From positions 1 through 31,677 of IMG/VR virus record IMGVR_UViG_3300037465_000070: a stretch of DNA of 31,677 nucleotides. One strand, given 5' to 3'. The stretch comes from a virus. Lineage: Duplodnaviria > Caudoviricetes. Under the pieces are notes generated by a model that saw only the letters and a program-made list of their open reading frames with translations, was not told the DNA's origin and searched no databases. The position numbers were made by a program, and so were the translations under genes. Of this stretch, positions 1 to 11,100 are shown piece after piece (positions within the stretch are counted from its first letter, which is position 1; every line of letters begins with the position of its first letter).

Positions 1-57
1 CGCGCGCAGGTCCAGCGAATCTTGGACTATTCGCGCGGTAGGCGGATAGAGCCATGA
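1..57 (+). CDS. 3' end of a CDS running off the left edge, possibly an HTH protein
   Basis: Frame 1 reads RAQVQRILDYSRGRRIEP* (TGA 55-57). RAQVQRIL resembles an HTH recognition helix. The stop overlaps an ATG at 54 (ATGA). Only 18 aa are visible. Confidence 0.3.
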   Translation, partial: RAQVQRILDYSRGRRIEP

Positions 58-479
58 AGAGGAAGGGAGGATCGGTGCACCCCGCCAGGCCTCTGCCGCT
101 CTCGGGGCACGAGGGGGAGGCGCTGGGACATCACGACCGACTAGCGCGGCACGCTGGACCGCGTGGCCGTGTTCCTCCGCGAGCTTAGCGCGCGCGTCGG
201 CTCGACGGTCCGGAGCGCGGAGCTAGGGCGCTGGTGATGCTGAACCCTGCTCGCGCGTCGCTGCGGGACCGTCCGTGGGTGTGGTGCGTGAGGTCGAGTG
301 AGGGCGGGAGGGGTGTCCGACTGCTCGCGGCCGGGGGTGCGGGTCGTGGTCGCAGAAGGACGCGTGTGCCGACCGGCGGTTCCATGTTGGGCGCAGAGGG
401 GTGGCAGAGTGTGGAGCGCCTGGGGGGACGACGTCCGGTAGGCTGTGACGGTCCTGCCGTGCGTGTCGCGTGTTGGCGA

Positions 480-930
480 AGGTGGGGCGCGCAGAGGGGC
501 GTGGGTGTGGTGAAGTAGTGCGTGAGGGGAGTGTGGGGGTAGGGAGGGCATGGTGGGAGGGTAGGGGAGGCGCAAGCCGGATGGGGATACCGTAGATCTG
601 AGGCGGGTGGCCAGACTGTACAAACCGGACCTGTGCCTTACTCCACCCGGTATAAACGGCCATCCCCGACTGGGCAGGGAGGGGGGGAAGGCCCGACGGT
701 ACCCGCTTGGCCGGAGGGAAGGGGGGGATGCCCATCCGCGTAGCTACAGACCGGAGGGAGGGTGCCCGGCGTCCATAAGGTCGCCCCCGCCTGGAGTCAT
801 ATGTAACCCCCGCAGAAATTTCTCGCAGGCGTCTCTCGCACCGGCGCGTCACGCGCATGCTTCTCGCAGGCAAAGTCCTCACCAAAGACTCACTCCCGCG
901 CGTAAGCGCGGTCACCCCGGGACCTACCTC
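480..930. other. Non-coding region upstream of terminase; candidate packaging/terminus region
   Basis: No protein-like ORF. The + strand is very G-rich to about 775 and C-rich afterwards. Direct repeats CCGGAGGGA (711, 751) and TTCTCGCAGGC (820, 861). Confidence 0.4.
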
Positions 931-931
931 C

Positions 932-953
932 CCCTTGACCGTTCGGAACACGT
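932..953 (+). promoter_or_regulatory. CCCTTGAC-N9-CACGT motif, copy 1 (putative late promoter, weakest copy)
   Basis: CCCTTGAC 932-939, CACGT 949-953; lies upstream of terminase ATG 975. Confidence 0.35.
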
Positions 954-1052
954 TGCCCTGCCTGGCTTAAGCGCATGGCTACCACGAGCCCTCTAACGGC
1001 CTTGCGCGGACTGCCGGTCCTGCGGGGCGGACGCCCTGTAGCCAACATCTTA

Positions 1053-1074
1053 CCCTTGACTGTCAAACGACCAT
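1053..1074 (+). promoter_or_regulatory. CCCTTGAC-N9-ACCAT motif, copy 2 (putative late promoter of terminase)
   Basis: CCCTTGAC 1053-1060, ACCAT 1070-1074; in-frame GTG 1083 and ATG 1086 follow without a Shine-Dalgarno. Confidence 0.55.
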
Positions 1075-1082
1075 CTCATCAC

Positions 1083-2918
1083 GTGATGCTGACCCGCAAG
1101 CAGATGTACCTCCAGACGGCCAGGGATGTCTCCATATCTGCCGCCAACCGGGAGCTGGCCAAGTACGACCACTACTCCCGCCAGCGCGTCTGGAGATGGA
1201 GGAAGGACGACCCGGAGTTCCGCGAGGCCATCGACCGCATCAAGGAGGCCGAAGCCTTCCGCGCGGCGCTGGCCGCCGGTAAACCCATGGGGGACGTTCC
1301 CCTGGAGGTCCCCGACGATTTCCTGCGCTTCAGGGAACTCGTGTGCGCCTACAAGGACCTGCGCTGGGGGCGCTACGTCCGAGCGACCAACAACTGGTAC
1401 CAGCGCGACGCCTACGCCAAGCTGAAGGAGCACAACCGTCTGGTCGTCGTGCTTCCCCCCGGCCACCTGAAGACGACGTTCTTCGGCATCGAGTACACCA
1501 CCTGGCGCATCATGCGTGACCGCGACGTCAGGATCACGGTCGTACAGAAGAACGCCGAGGAGGCCAAGAAGCTCGTCGGCGCCGTGCAGGAGCGGCTGTC
1601 CGATACCGACTACTACGCGTTCCTGCAAGAGCGGCTGCGGGCTCAGTACGACCCCCCCATCGTGAACCCGCTCGCGACCTGGTTCCGCAATCTCCCGTTC
1701 AAGCCCGCCTCCAAGACGATGCCCGAGAACTGGGGCGCCTACGGGTTCACCGTGGTCGGCAAGTCCTCGGGTGAGAAGGATTTCACCATGGAAGCCAAGG
1801 GCGTGGGCGGGCAGATCCAGGGTGTGAGGGCGGACCTGATATTGCTGGACGACATCCAGGACCCGACACAGGCGGTCAAGTCCCCCCAGGACTCCAAGGA
1901 CAAGCTCCGCTGGTTCAACGACGTCATCCTGGGCCGGGTCGCGGACTACCAGCAGGTCGTGGTCCTGGCCAACTACTTCAGTCCCGACGATTTCGCCCAC
2001 CTGCTCATCGACGACCATCCCGAGTTCGCCGTGGTGGAGTACCCCGCGCTGATCCCGGGTCCGGACGGCGACATGGTGCCCCTATGTCCCGAGTACTGGA
2101 CGGCGCCCGCGCTAGAGTTCAAGCGCCGCGAGGTCGGGGACCAGACGTGGTTCTACACCTGGATGCAGGAGAGCGGGTCTTTCGAGGAGGCCACGTTCCG
2201 CCGCGATATCCTAGAGGCGGCCCGCAGCGATGACTTGCGCCTAGGTGAGACGCCCCTCGCCGTCACGGACATCTTCATGGGGGTGGACCCGGCCATCTCC
2301 TCATCGGGTCATTGCGCCATCGTGATATGGGGCCTTGACCGCAGGACCAAGCAACGCTACCTCATCGACGTGTTCAACGAGACCGGGATGCGCCACTGGG
2401 ACAACGTGATAGCTCAGATAGTGGCCTTCGCGCGCGCTTACCGGGGTAGGACCTGCGTGATAGAGCTTGCCAACACCCAGGCCGCCCTAACGATGTCCCC
2501 CCTGCTCCAGCGCGAGATGCGGTCCCTGGGCTGGCGGATCGCGACGTACAAGACGGCGACCGGGACGGGGGCGAGGGCCGAGCAGACCAACTTCGACATC
2601 ACGACGATCGGCGGCCTGTTCGATGCCGGACTCATCACCCTGCCCTACGGAGGCACCGATGAGGAACGCCGCAAGGTTGATGCCTACATCCACCAGCTCT
2701 GCGCTTGGCGCACCGATCCTGAGACGGGCAACTCCATCAAGAACCTGAAACGTGATATGGTGATGGCCACACTGTTCGCCGAGTCGGAGGCGTTCGTTCT
2801 GGCATCGCGGCAGGCCTCCCCTCGTCCCCGCAGACGGACCCGGCTCCTTCCCTCGTGGGCGACGAACGGAGCCGGGGGCGACCCTTGGAAGAAATCCACC
2901 CTTGACGAAGCGGTGTAG
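1083..2918 (+). CDS. terL: Terminase large subunit with N-terminal HTH (TerS-like) extension
   Basis: Walker A-like VVLPPGHLKTT, Walker B ADLILLDDIQD after GGQIQGVRAD, RNase H-like FMGVDPA ... IE ... DMVMA. N-terminus has SRQRVWRWRKDDPEFREA. The ORF is open from 975; a start at 1083/1086 is preferred from the upstream motif. Confidence 0.92.
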   Translation: MMLTRKQMYLQTARDVSISAANRELAKYDHYSRQRVWRWRKDDPEFREAIDRIKEAEAFRAALAAGKPMGDVPLEVPDDFLRFRELVCAYKDLRWGRYVRATNNWYQRDAYAKLKEHNRLVVVLPPGHLKTTFFGIEYTTWRIMRDRDVRITVVQKNAEEAKKLVGAVQERLSDTDYYAFLQERLRAQYDPPIVNPLATWFRNLPFKPASKTMPENWGAYGFTVVGKSSGEKDFTMEAKGVGGQIQGVRADLILLDDIQDPTQAVKSPQDSKDKLRWFNDVILGRVADYQQVVVLANYFSPDDFAHLLIDDHPEFAVVEYPALIPGPDGDMVPLCPEYWTAPALEFKRREVGDQTWFYTWMQESGSFEEATFRRDILEAARSDDLRLGETPLAVTDIFMGVDPAISSSGHCAIVIWGLDRRTKQRYLIDVFNETGMRHWDNVIAQIVAFARAYRGRTCVIELANTQAALTMSPLLQREMRSLGWRIATYKTATGTGARAEQTNFDITTIGGLFDAGLITLPYGGTDEERRKVDAYIHQLCAWRTDPETGNSIKNLKRDMVMATLFAESEAFVLASRQASPRPRRRTRLLPSWATNGAGGDPWKKSTLDEAV

Positions 2919-2920
2919 AT
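2899..2920 (+). promoter_or_regulatory. CCCTTGAC-N9-TAGAT motif, copy 3 (putative late promoter of portal operon)
   Basis: CCCTTGAC 2899-2906, TAGAT 2916-2920; portal GTG at 2927 is 7 nt after the final T. Confidence 0.6.
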
Positions 2921-2926
2921 AAGAGC

Positions 2927-4660
2927 GTGCCTCCCGAGCCGCTTGATCTCGAACGTGAACTGGAGGAGCGCAAGCAGGCCCAGCGGGTCCATGACCTGTA
3001 TGGGCAGTTGCGCTTCTCCTACGCCGATTGGCACGAGCAGGTCCGCCTGACCTACCTTATCTACCAGGGCAACTGGGAGATGGTCTGGCCCGACCGTCGC
3101 CGCGATGTCGCGCTGCCTAAGATCGCCAACTTCGTCCAGATAGCTGCGGATGACCGCGCTAAGGGTGTCGCCGCGATGCGGCCCTCACTCATCTGTCGCC
3201 CCGACAAGCCCGGTGACCGAGCGCGGGCCATGGCGGACAAGCGCGAGCGCATAGCCGCCGACTGGTTCAGCCGCGACCGGGTGTGGGGAGCCAAGACCCA
3301 GGAGTGGGCGCTGGATGCGATGGGCGCGGGTCTGACGGTCTCGCGGGTGTGGACGGACTTCACCAAGCCCAAGGCCGAGCGGTATCCCACCTTCGAGCGC
3401 ATCGAGCCCTCCCGCTGCCTGCCGGATCCGGTGTTCACGCGCGGCCCGCTGTGCGACTCGATGCTGGTCTCCTATGAGGAGAAGATAGAGACCCTGCGCA
3501 AACGCTACGGGGTCACGCTCGCCGGTTGGTCCGACCCTGCGGGCCGACACAAGCGCGCAAGGGTCATCGAGTTCGCCGACGACGAGTGGTACATCGTCGT
3601 CGCGGTCGCGGAGCAGGCGGGGCGCAGCAAGCGCGAGACCCTGATGGCCGAGCGCCACGAACTCGGGGTGTGCCCGTTCGTCATCGGCGCCAGGCCCACC
3701 ATGGGCGGCGGCTACCGTGGCGAGTTCTACGGCAGCTTCGGCGTGCTGAACTTCGCCAACCGTATGAGGACCCTGATGCTGGATGACGCCACGCAGAAGG
3801 TATACCCGCGCAAGATGTATTTCGATATCGAGAACCCCGAGGAGGAAGGCCCCGACGCCTTGCTGGAGAAGCAATCGCCGCAAGGGTCGTTCGAGTACGT
3901 GCAGCAGCCGAACCAGCCGTTCTCGAACCTGCAGATCATGCGCGACCTTCTGGCCGAGGCCCGCGCAGGGGTGCTGCTCCCGCCCTCGCGCTCGGGCGAC
4001 CCGAACGAGAGCATCATCTCGGCATCAGGTGTCACGGCCACGCAGTCTCAATGGATAGAGGACGTCCGTTCTATCCAGCGCGACCTCTTGGCCCCGATGC
4101 ACGAGGCGGCCTTGCAGGTGGCCGCCAAGCTGGATATCCGCTGGGCCGATGCCACCAAGGCGATAGGGCCGGGGGCCTCGAACTACACCGAGTCCTACAC
4201 CCCGTCGAAGGACGTGAAGGGTCTGAACATCGAGGTTCGCTACGGCATGGGTGCGGGTCTGGACGAGATCAATACGAACGTCATGGTCCTGCAACAGCTC
4301 GGGGCGGGCATCATCGATGAGCGCACCGCGATGGAACTCTCTCCCTTCGTGGAGGATCCCCAGCGGGTGGAGAAGCGCAAGGTCAAGCAGAGCCTGCGCG
4401 ACGCATCGCTTGCGGGCCTGTACCAGAAGGCAGCGGAGGGGCTGATCCCGCCCGCTGCGATAGCAGAGATAGAGCGGCTGCTCGATGAAGATGACGTTCC
4501 CCTCTCGCAGGCCATCGCCGCCGTACTTCCCGCTGCACCGCTGGCACCTCCCGAACAGGCCACCGGCCCGACACCCACGCCCGCGAGTCCGGCTTCACCG
4601 GGGCTGGCTGGGGCCGGTGAGGCCTTACCGCCGCTCGACGAGCTATTGGGGGTTGCCTGA
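2927..4660 (+). CDS. Portal protein (head-tail connector, podovirus type)
   Basis: 577 aa directly after terL. IANFVQIAADD, CPFVIG, SIISASGV...Q and VEVRYG-like (IEVRYGMGAGLD) segments typical of P22/T7-like portals of actinophages; Pro/Ala-rich C-terminal tail. Confidence 0.85.
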   Translation: MPPEPLDLERELEERKQAQRVHDLYGQLRFSYADWHEQVRLTYLIYQGNWEMVWPDRRRDVALPKIANFVQIAADDRAKGVAAMRPSLICRPDKPGDRARAMADKRERIAADWFSRDRVWGAKTQEWALDAMGAGLTVSRVWTDFTKPKAERYPTFERIEPSRCLPDPVFTRGPLCDSMLVSYEEKIETLRKRYGVTLAGWSDPAGRHKRARVIEFADDEWYIVVAVAEQAGRSKRETLMAERHELGVCPFVIGARPTMGGGYRGEFYGSFGVLNFANRMRTLMLDDATQKVYPRKMYFDIENPEEEGPDALLEKQSPQGSFEYVQQPNQPFSNLQIMRDLLAEARAGVLLPPSRSGDPNESIISASGVTATQSQWIEDVRSIQRDLLAPMHEAALQVAAKLDIRWADATKAIGPGASNYTESYTPSKDVKGLNIEVRYGMGAGLDEINTNVMVLQQLGAGIIDERTAMELSPFVEDPQRVEKRKVKQSLRDASLAGLYQKAAEGLIPPAAIAEIERLLDEDDVPLSQAIAAVLPAAPLAPPEQATGPTPTPASPASPGLAGAGEALPPLDELLGVA

Positions 4661-4797
4661 TGCCCGTGCGCAAGGTTCGGGGCGGGTGGCGCTACGGGTC
4701 GTCGGGGAAGATCTACCCGACCAAGGCTCAGGCTGAGCGGCAGGGGCGTGCCATCCACGCATCGCAGAGCAAGAGGGGCAAGAAGAAGGATGCCTAG
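4660..4797 (+). CDS. Small basic phage protein (45 aa)
   Basis: Not in the ORF track. MPVRKVRGGWRYGSSGKIYPTKAQAERQGRAIHASQSKRGKKKDA; TGATG coupling to the portal stop. Resembles a recurrent small phage protein type (MPxxKVKGGWxWG...KAxRQGRAI). Confidence 0.75.
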   Translation: MPVRKVRGGWRYGSSGKIYPTKAQAERQGRAIHASQSKRGKKKDA

Positions 4798-5143
4798 GGC
4801 AGGCCGCACCCCTCAGCCCGTGTTCAAGAGGGGCGCCAACGAGTTGCCCTACGGACAGGCTCAGGCGCTCGCAGAGCTGCTTGCGGCCGTTCCCGATGAG
4901 GACGAGTCGGACTACCAGCCCTCGTCTCCTGCCGAGAGGTTCCTGTATTCGCCGACCGACCGGCCCGATGAACCCATCACGGCCGGTCTGCCCTTCGGCC
5001 CCGGTCCCGATGTGAGCCGCTACGCCCTGGAGGATGACCGGTCTTTCCGCGAGCGGTTGGCACAGACCATCGAAGCTCACGTACCGCGCCACCCGTCGAG
5101 GGATATGCGTCGCTTCCTTGCGCGCCTGCGTTCGGGGGAGTAG
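4790..5143 (+). CDS. Hypothetical virion-associated protein (117 aa)
   Basis: ATG 4790 after purine-rich AAGAAGAAGG. Motif PTDRPDEPITAGLPFGPGP recurs in post-portal genes of actinobacterial podoviruses. Confidence 0.75.
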   Translation: MPRAGRTPQPVFKRGANELPYGQAQALAELLAAVPDEDESDYQPSSPAERFLYSPTDRPDEPITAGLPFGPGPDVSRYALEDDRSFRERLAQTIEAHVPRHPSRDMRRFLARLRSGE

Positions 5144-5146
5144 ACC

Positions 5147-8100
5147 ATGCCCATTACACTAACCGCAACGGGCGAGCCGCAGTTGCCCGATGAGCGGTCG
5201 AAGACCAAGGAACAGGTCGTCTCTCCGCCGCATCACCAGATAGAGTTGGTCGAGCGAGCTTCGGCAGCGACCCTGCCCACAGAGATAGTCACGATGCTGA
5301 GCCAGTTGGGCCTGGGCGACAGGGATCTCATCAAGGCCACAGCGCTCGCTAACTCTGCACTCGCCACCCCCCCTCGCTGGATTTTCGGCGGGACGGATCC
5401 CAAGGAGTACCGAGACCCGATCTCCGGCGAACACCTCTCATTGCGGGAAGCACAACGGTTCTCTGACTCGTTCGCGCCCGTGGCGATAGCAACGATGCTC
5501 AGCGATGCTGCCGATCAGCCGTCGGTGCTGGTACAGGCGCGCCATGGAGACACGAGCATCGAAGTCCCCGTCCCGGTCAAGCGCATCGGAGCCCTAGCCC
5601 TGGCCATCGCTCGGGCGTGGGGAGAGGAGATACCGGCCGACATCGGCATAGCCATGGCGACCTCGTTGGCCCGAAGGGGTGTGAAGCCTGCGGATTTCGC
5701 ACGAAACATTGATGCGGTCGCGCGCTTCGTGCGGTATGCCAACTTCGGTCCACAGGGCGCGCGTCAGCTCCAGACCATCGTGGCGCTTACCTTGGCGGCG
5801 ACCGAGGATGGGCGCGTGCTCACCAGCATCAAGGACGTACAGGAAGCGTTGGTCGGTCCGGAAGCCATGGCTACCGCCGCCAAGCTCCGTGAGTATCTCG
5901 ATAAGGCTCAGAGCGAACCCGAGACAGACAGTAGCTTGCCGGGATATGCGCGCACATCGTTCCAGGTGACCCCTACTTCCGAACAGTACGCGCGCGCGGC
6001 AGACAACCTGAAGTTGGATATGCCGCCCGAGGTGTGGGCCGTCGCGGCACCCGATCTTGCAGCGGAGATACGGGACTTCCAGAGCCGCATCAAGCTAGAG
6101 GAGCAAGCGTTTCAGCGGTCACTTCCGGGCAAGGCACTCTCTGCCATCGACCGGGTGTTCGACGAATCGGCGAAATTTGGGTTCAAGCTGGTGAACACGG
6201 CGGTCCTCGTTATCCATCAGGCCGTCATCGCGCCGGTCCAGGGGGTCCTCCCCGGCGGGGGAGACTCTGTGGCCTCGCAATGGGAGGAAGGCCATCGGAT
6301 GTGGCTGAAGATCGATGCGGGCCTAGAGGAGTCGCATCGCAAGTTCGGCACACCATCGTTCGCGTATGCGGCAGGCATCACAGGGACGTGGGCGTCGCTC
6401 GGCACAGACCTGTTCCTGGCCTGGTTTACCGACCCGCTGGTCATCTTGGGTAAGGGCAAGCGGCTCCTGAACCTGGGCCGAGCCTACCCCGGACTTACAG
6501 ATAAGGCGTCGGCCACCTCGAACATGCTGGCGAGAGCAGCCGCCCATTCAAAGACCCTCACGAGCCTGGCCAACCGCTACAACGACTGGCGGGTGACTTC
6601 CTGGACGCAACGTGCGGAGGCTTTCACGAAGGACAAGTTCATCACTGATCTGTTCAAGGTGATCCGGGACGACGCCGCCTATAAGGCCAAGATCATCGGG
6701 CTTCGCACGGTCTATGAGGCGGGCGGCCTCGACCCGATCTACATGTCGGAGCTTCGGCGCGCCATCCTCGAAACCTATCCCGATCTGGGTCCCCGCGCCT
6801 TGGAGGAGTTCCGTACCGGTATCAAGGCCCACATCGTCGGGGGCTGGGCGCCCGAGGGCAGTATCGCCAACGTGGTCATCGCCAGGCGCATCCAGGCGGG
6901 GGAGGAGGCCGAGAGAGCACTGCTCCGCCTAGACGAACTGTCGCTACAAGGTGCGCCACTTGAGACGATCCTTCAAGAGTCTGGCGACTTCGGTGGAGCG
7001 CTTGGCGATGCGCTGAGGGAACTGCTGCAAGCCGACCGTGAGGCTCACCTGCCGCGCCTGGAGGTGCCGACCCCGGCTCGGCCGGTACCAGGACTAGGAC
7101 TCCGGCGGTTCGTCGCATCCAGGACGGAGCGAGCAGGAGGCTTGCGCTCAGAGCTGACGCTGAACCCGGGAAGGGTCATCAACTTCGAGGCCGATCCCGT
7201 GGAGTACGTTCGGCTGAACTCGAATCTCGCTGGGCTCCCACCTGAGAAGGTGGCAGAGCTTCAGAGCGACATGGCTGCTGCGGCCAGCGCGGGCGTGGCC
7301 CGTGAAGATCGTATGCGAGCGGTTGTCGAGACGATGAACGACAGCATCTACGATCACACCCTGCGCCGTCTACTTCCGGACTACGAACGCCTAGATGAAG
7401 CCGTGAAGGCCGACATGTACGAAGCTGTGATGAAGCCGTATAGGGAGATGAACCGGCCGCGTCAAGCGTTCGATGTTATCCCACCCGAGTTGGACGAGAC
7501 CATCCCCAAGGCGCTCGACGACCTGACAGTGAAGCAGCGTGGCCAAGTGTATCGGCACGTGAAGAAGATGCGCCAGGACTCCATGGCATGGAAGGCGCTT
7601 TCCAAGGCCGAGCAGGACGAATTGGAGAAGCAACTGCGTGCTTGGGTCCGGGGCGCTCAGCGGCCCGACCAGATGACATGGGCGATCCGGTGGGAGGCCA
7701 AGAAGCTGCTGGAAGACCACCTTGAGTCGCTAGCGGCACTTGAAGACCGCATCCGTCGTATAGTGGGCCATCCCACCTTGTCGGCCGCCGAGAGGTGGGG
7801 CGAACTTCACGACACCCTAGGCTTCGATTATTACCGCCGCATCGCCTATGCCGTCGGCGGAAACGACCTGTACAAGATCATCGAGGCTGGCGAGGACATC
7901 GACCAACTGGTCGCCGATATCGTTCGTCTGGACCCCGAGGGAGGCATCCTCCTGGCGGCTCTACGTGACCCGGAGACGGTGCCCTGGGCGAGCCGGGGTA
8001 TCACCGCGACCATCGCCGGAGAACTCGAAGATGCGCTGCCCCCGGCATTGTACAAAGAGGTCATCGGAGAGGCCACCACCACGCGGGAGTTGATCGCCGC

Positions 8101-11100
8101 CGTGAAGCGGGCGCTTCGCTTCTCGGATCCGTGGCCTCTTCACCCTGAGGATATCGCTGCTCGGATGGGCGTGAACATCGAAACCTCAGACGAGCTGAGA
8201 GCTGCGCTCGGCAGGACGGAGGTGCGGATCACCCGCCGCCCTAGCCATACCGGCCAACTCCAGAACACGATGATGGTGCCAGACCCGCGCGATATCGCAG
8301 CCCGCCTGAAGGGCTACATCGGCCTCAGCAAGCGGATGGCTCGGCAGCTTACCCGTCAGCTTCCCGAACTGGATGGCGTCACACGTTCGCGGCTGGACGC
8401 AACCATCCAGAAGACCGTACTCGGCGCCAAGGACATACACCGCGCGTACCGCCGGACCTGGAAGGTGGGTGCGGTTGCTCGTCCTGCTTATGTGCCGAAG
8501 GTCATCCTGCTGGACGAGAACAGCAGATTCCTGTCGCAATGGGGGCTGACCCAGCGCGTCCTCGCACATAGGTGGGGACCGTTCGGTCGCCTGCTCGACC
8601 GTACCGGCATATACGACACGGTGATACGTGCACCAGATGGCAGCGAGGTGGCGCGTATCGGCAGAGCAGGGTCGGAGCGCTTCGGCTATGAACCGCTCGC
8701 AACGTCCAAGCTCCGCCAGATGGAGGTGCTGGACGAAACGATGCGGGAGTCTCGCAAGGTCCGGCGAGCCTTCCGCCCGTCGGGGGGTGAGGACAAGGTA
8801 CTTCCCTCCAACCCGGGCCACACCGTCGCATGGGTGGATACCCTGAATCGTGAGCTAGCTTCAGCACCGGGTACGATCGCGCTGGAGGCGGTGAGTGCGG
8901 GCAAGACGTATGAGGAAACGAAAGACGCGCTCATCGCATGGGCCAAGCGTGAGGGACGGCAGACGTTCACACGTATCGGCTATCGCCTGGATGAAATGGA
9001 TGAGTGGGCCGCGACCCTGGCGGGAAGCGTCCACTACTACACACTAGGTTCGAAAGAAGTGGCCCGCCTGGTCTTGGCGCGGATAGACCCTACACGCCTG
9101 GGCAAGCACTTGGAGCGATTGGTTCCTTCGGCCCAGCGTCCCATCGTCATCGGCCCCGTCTTGCAAGCGGCCACGTCTGAAGGGATAGCGACCAAGGCCG
9201 CGAACGGCCTGTTCCGCTGGTTCGTTCAGAAGCCCGAGGATGTGTTGAACCGCCAGCCGTTCTTCCGGCAATGGAAGCGGGCAGCCATGGTGTCCTACTA
9301 CGATGCCGTAGGGCGTAGCGGCCTCACGGTCACCGAACAGACCAAGCGTGCAATAGATGTGGCCGCCACCCGGTTCGCTCTGGACCAGGTGCGCCGCGTG
9401 ATGTTCGACGCGACCCGTCAGCAGCGCGTCTTGGAACAGATGGGCATAGTCTTCCCGTTCCCTCAGCCCTTCTTCGAGGGCTACACCGCCTGGGGCCACC
9501 TTGCCCTCGTGCGTGAACCCGCGACCATCCCTCACGTCCGTCAACTGTTCTTGGCGGCACGGGATGCGGGCATCATCCGCCAGGACGAGAATGGGGAGTT
9601 CTATATCCCGTGGCACCCGCTCCAGTATGCGGCGCACCTCGCCGGATTCCTGCCCAAGGACTCCATCCTGCGGATGCGTCTGTCGTCGCTATCCATACTG
9701 GCGTCGAGCCAGATAGATGTAGAAGGAGTCACTATCCCCGTCCCCGGCGCCGACCCTCTAGTGATGAGGGGCCTTCAGGAAGTGTTCGCGGATTCCACCA
9801 ACGACGCCGCCATCTCCTTCCTGTTCCAGTTCGGCCCTGAGACCCCCATCGTCCCCTTCCCCATCGAAGCTGCGGCACGGGTTATCTCACCCGAGCAGTT
9901 CGGCGAGGAGGAGTTGGAGCGCCTTACCCTTGGCATGATGCGCGACCTCCAATATAAGGGTCTGGTCTATGACGAAGATGGTCTTCCTCTCCCCTACGCC
10001 GAGATCGACCGCATCGCTCGCCACGAGGCCGAGCAGCTCTTGATAAGCCGTGCTCTGGCTGGGATCATCGGTCCTGCCTCGCCCTCCATCCGATGGGGCT
10101 ATCAGCCTCTCCTAGATGAGCTGAGGCAGATGCGCGACGAGATGGGGTTCCAAGAGGGCACCCAGGCATTCAACGAGAAGTATGATTATGCCTATACGCT
10201 CCTGACCATCGGCACCACCGAATCGCTGGAGAGCTTCGAGGGGCGCGAGGTTCCACGCATCCCACCCTCTGAGTTCGTTGCCAAGCTGCGCCAGCAGCCG
10301 GGAGTCCAGGAGTTCTTGGCGCAATACCCCGCCTGGTTCGGCCTCCTGCTCGAAGGGCTGGATCCCGAACTCGTGAACGAGTTCTCCGCTCCCTTCTATG
10401 CCCGTGAGGTTGAGCGTGGTGTTATCAAGCCCAAGGATCCCGCCGAGTTCTGGTCGGAAGGCGAGGCCGCTAAAGCATGGCCTCACTGGATAGAGTTCAG
10501 GGATTCGGTCTTGAACCCCCTCTACGAAGCATGGCAACGTCAGGGCGGAGACTACGAATCTTACAAGTACGCGAAGTACGTGACGGCTCGGCAAGAGGAA
10601 CTGACCCACATGGCGATGCTCTATCCTACCTGGGCCAGTCAGTACCTGCGCGAACTTCCCGACCATCCGGGCACGTTCGATTGGGCACACGACACGCCCG
10701 ATACGACACCGCCCACCCTGATAGTGGATCAGGCCCGGATGCTGGTGGCCGATCCTCGCTACCGTTCGCTCCCCGGCGTGCAGGCCGTGAAGTTCTACCT
10801 TACCGAGCGGGACAAGATTGCTGCAGAGATGGAGGCCAACGGGTACACCGACATCACGAACCCGAACGCCGAAGACCTGAAGCGCCGCTACGACAGGCTG
10901 ATGGAGGAGGGCGCGGAGCGTTGGCCCGAAGCCTGGCCTCTGGTCGCGTCCTACTTCGGCGGGGACCTGATGGACTTCCAGGGTCGGCGCATCGAGGCGT
11001 ACCAAGGTAAGGGTGGCGAGGCCATCTTGCGCTTCGATACCCGCTGGCGCCAACTCCGCAGGGCGCAAGGCAACTACGATTTCGAGTTCCAGTTCTTCGG

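Noticed and set aside
54-996. ORFs 54-188, 141-623, 223-951, 234-518 and 607-996 as genes or as terS
   Set aside because: Low-complexity Pro/Arg/Gly translations explained by the G/C skew; no TerS features. A decayed gene at about 120-237 cannot be excluded.
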